Positions 62,401 through 64,000 of a stretch of DNA of 64,000 bases are shown piece after piece. Numbering within the stretch: the stretch's first letter is position 1; each line of letters starts with the position of its first letter. Source of the DNA: Eledone cirrhosa. Its lineage: Eukaryota. The stretch spans positions 11,904,001-11,968,000 of the forward strand of contig OZ024742.1 in the NCBI GenBank assembly GCA_964016885.1. The letters are read 5' to 3'. A model generated the notes under the pieces. It saw only the letters and a list, made by a program, of their open reading frames with translations. It ran no database searches and was not told the DNA's origin. Made by a program: the position numbers and the translations under genes.

Positions 62401-64000
62401 AGTGGTGTTGGTGGAAGTGGTATTGGTGGTAGTGGTGATGGTGGTAGTGGTGGTAGTGGTGTTGGTGGTAGTGGTGATGGTGGTAGTGGTGATGGTTGTA
62501 GTGGTGTTGGTGGTAGTGGTGTTGGTGGTAGTGGTGTTAGTGGTAGTGGTGTTGATGGTAGTGGTGATGGTGGTAGTGGTGTTGGTGGTAGTGGTGTTGG
62601 TGATAGTGGTGTTGGTGGTAGTGGTGTTGGTGGTAGTGGTGTTGGTGATAGTGGTGTTGGTGGTATTGGTGATAGTGGTAGTGGTAGTGGTGCTGGGGGT
62701 AGTGGTGTTGGTGATAGTGGTGTTGGTGGTAGTGGTGATGGTGGTGGTGGTGTTGGTGATAGTAGTGTTGGAGGTAGTGGTGTTGGTGGAAGTGGTATTG
62801 GTGGTAGTGGTGTTGGTGGTAGTGGTGGTAGTGGTAGTGGTGGTAGTGGTGATGGTGGTAGTGGTGATGGTGGTAGTGGTGTTGGTGGTAGTGGTGTTGG
62901 TGGTAGTGGTGTTAGTGGTAGTGGTGGTGATGGTAGTGGTGATGGTGGTAGTGGTGTTGGTGGTAGTGGTGTTGGTGATAGTGGTGTTGGTGGTAGTGGT
63001 GTTGGTGGTAGTGGTGTTGGTGATAGTGGTGTTGGTGGTAGTGGTGTTGGTGATAGTGGTGTTGGTGGTAGTGGTGTTGGTGGTAGTGGTGTTAGTGGTT
63101 GTGGTGTTGATGGTAGTGGTGATGGAGGTAGTGGTGTTAGTGGTAGTGGTGTTGATGGTAGTGGTGATGGTGGTAGTGGTGTTGGTGGTAGTGGTGTTGG
63201 TGATAGTGGTGTTGGTGGTAGTGGTGTTGGTGGTAGTGGTGTTGGTGATAGTGGTGGTAGTGGTATTAGTGATAGGGATGTTAGTGGTAGTGGTGTTAGT
63301 GGCAGTGGTGTTGGTGGTAGTGGTGTTGGTGGTAGTGGTGTTGGTGGTAGTGGTGATGGTGGTAGTGGTGTTAGTGGTAGTGGTGTTGATGGTAGTGGTG
63401 TTGGTGGTAGTGGTGATGGTGGTAGTGGTGTTGGTGGTAGTGGTGATGGTGGTAGTGATGATGGTGGTAGTGGTAGTGGTGGTAGTGGTGTTGGTGGTAG
63501 TGGTAGTGCTGGTAGTGGTGTTGGTGGTAGTGGTGGTAGTGGTGTTGTGGTAGTGGTGTTCGTGGTAGTGGTGTAGGTGGTAGTGGTGATCGTGGTAGTG
63601 GTGTTGGTGATAGTGGTGATAGTGGTAGTGGTGTTGGAGGTAGTGGTGATGGTGGTAGTGGTGATGGTGGTAGTGGTATTGGTGGAAGTGGTAGTGGTGG
63701 TAGTGGTAGTGGTGTTGGTGGTAGTGGTGATGGTGGTAGTGGTGTTGGTGATAGTGGTGATGGTGGTAGTGGTGTTGGTGATAGTGATGATAGTGGTAGT
63801 GGTGTTGGAGGTAGTGGTGATGGTGGTAGTGGTGATGGTGGTAGTGGTGTTGGTGGTAGTGGTGGTGGTGGTAGTGGTATTGGTGGTAGTGGTAGTGGTG
63901 GTAGTGGTGTTGGTGATAGTGGTGATGGTGGTAGTGGTGTTGGTGGTAGTGGTGTTGGTGGTAGTGGTGGTAGTGGTATTAGTGATAGTGGTGTTGGTGG
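56477..64000. repeat. >7.5-kb minisatellite, basic unit GGTAGTGGTGTTGGT, with higher-order structure; runs off the window end
   Basis: 15-bp unit; ATTAGTGAT marker every 72-102 bp in the first kb; a rare marker block recurs at ~58917, ~60058, ~60993 and ~63541. Confidence 0.97.

Noticed and set aside
54878-63553. Long poly-V/L/T/GS ORFs of up to 841 aa
   Set aside because: They are by-products of stop-free trinucleotide satellites, and the frame shifts within the arrays.
56477-64000. CRISPR array or telomeric repeat
   Set aside because: No unique spacers, eukaryotic context, and the unit is not TTAGGG-like.

Overview
AT-rich eukaryotic DNA made almost entirely of repeats, most likely a cephalopod (Octopus-like) intergenic or intronic region; this is inferred from the (TA)n/(CA)n density and the SINE types. 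No host protein-coding gene is recognisable, and most entries in the ORF track are translations of microsatellites. Contents: a hAT non-autonomous element with an 8-bp TSD; tandem non-autonomous Helitrons; mariner-like MITEs; about 15 copies of one tRNA-derived SINE and 3 of a second; a near full-length, frameshifted L1/Tx1 LINE and a 5'-truncated sibling; RTE, CR1 and R4/Dong LINE scraps; and large (GGT)/(GTT)-derived arrays. There are also three coding Penelope-like elements (PLEs). The most notable observations are: (i) a Neptune-type PLE with an uninterrupted 756-aa RT/GIY-YIG frame inside ~1.3-kb inverted repeats, whose RT frame lacks an early ATG and overlaps an upstream ORF at an in-frame U-UUU-UUA slippery heptamer (candidate -1 frameshift); (ii) many type I hammerhead ribozyme motifs from at least seven unrelated short families at (TA)n tracts, often as inverted pairs, three families having a compensatory U3-A8 core; (iii) a shared GTATTGAGTAC motif ~35-55 nt downstream of the predicted cleavage site in three families. 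All folds and alignments were done by eye, and coordinates of degenerate elements are approximate.
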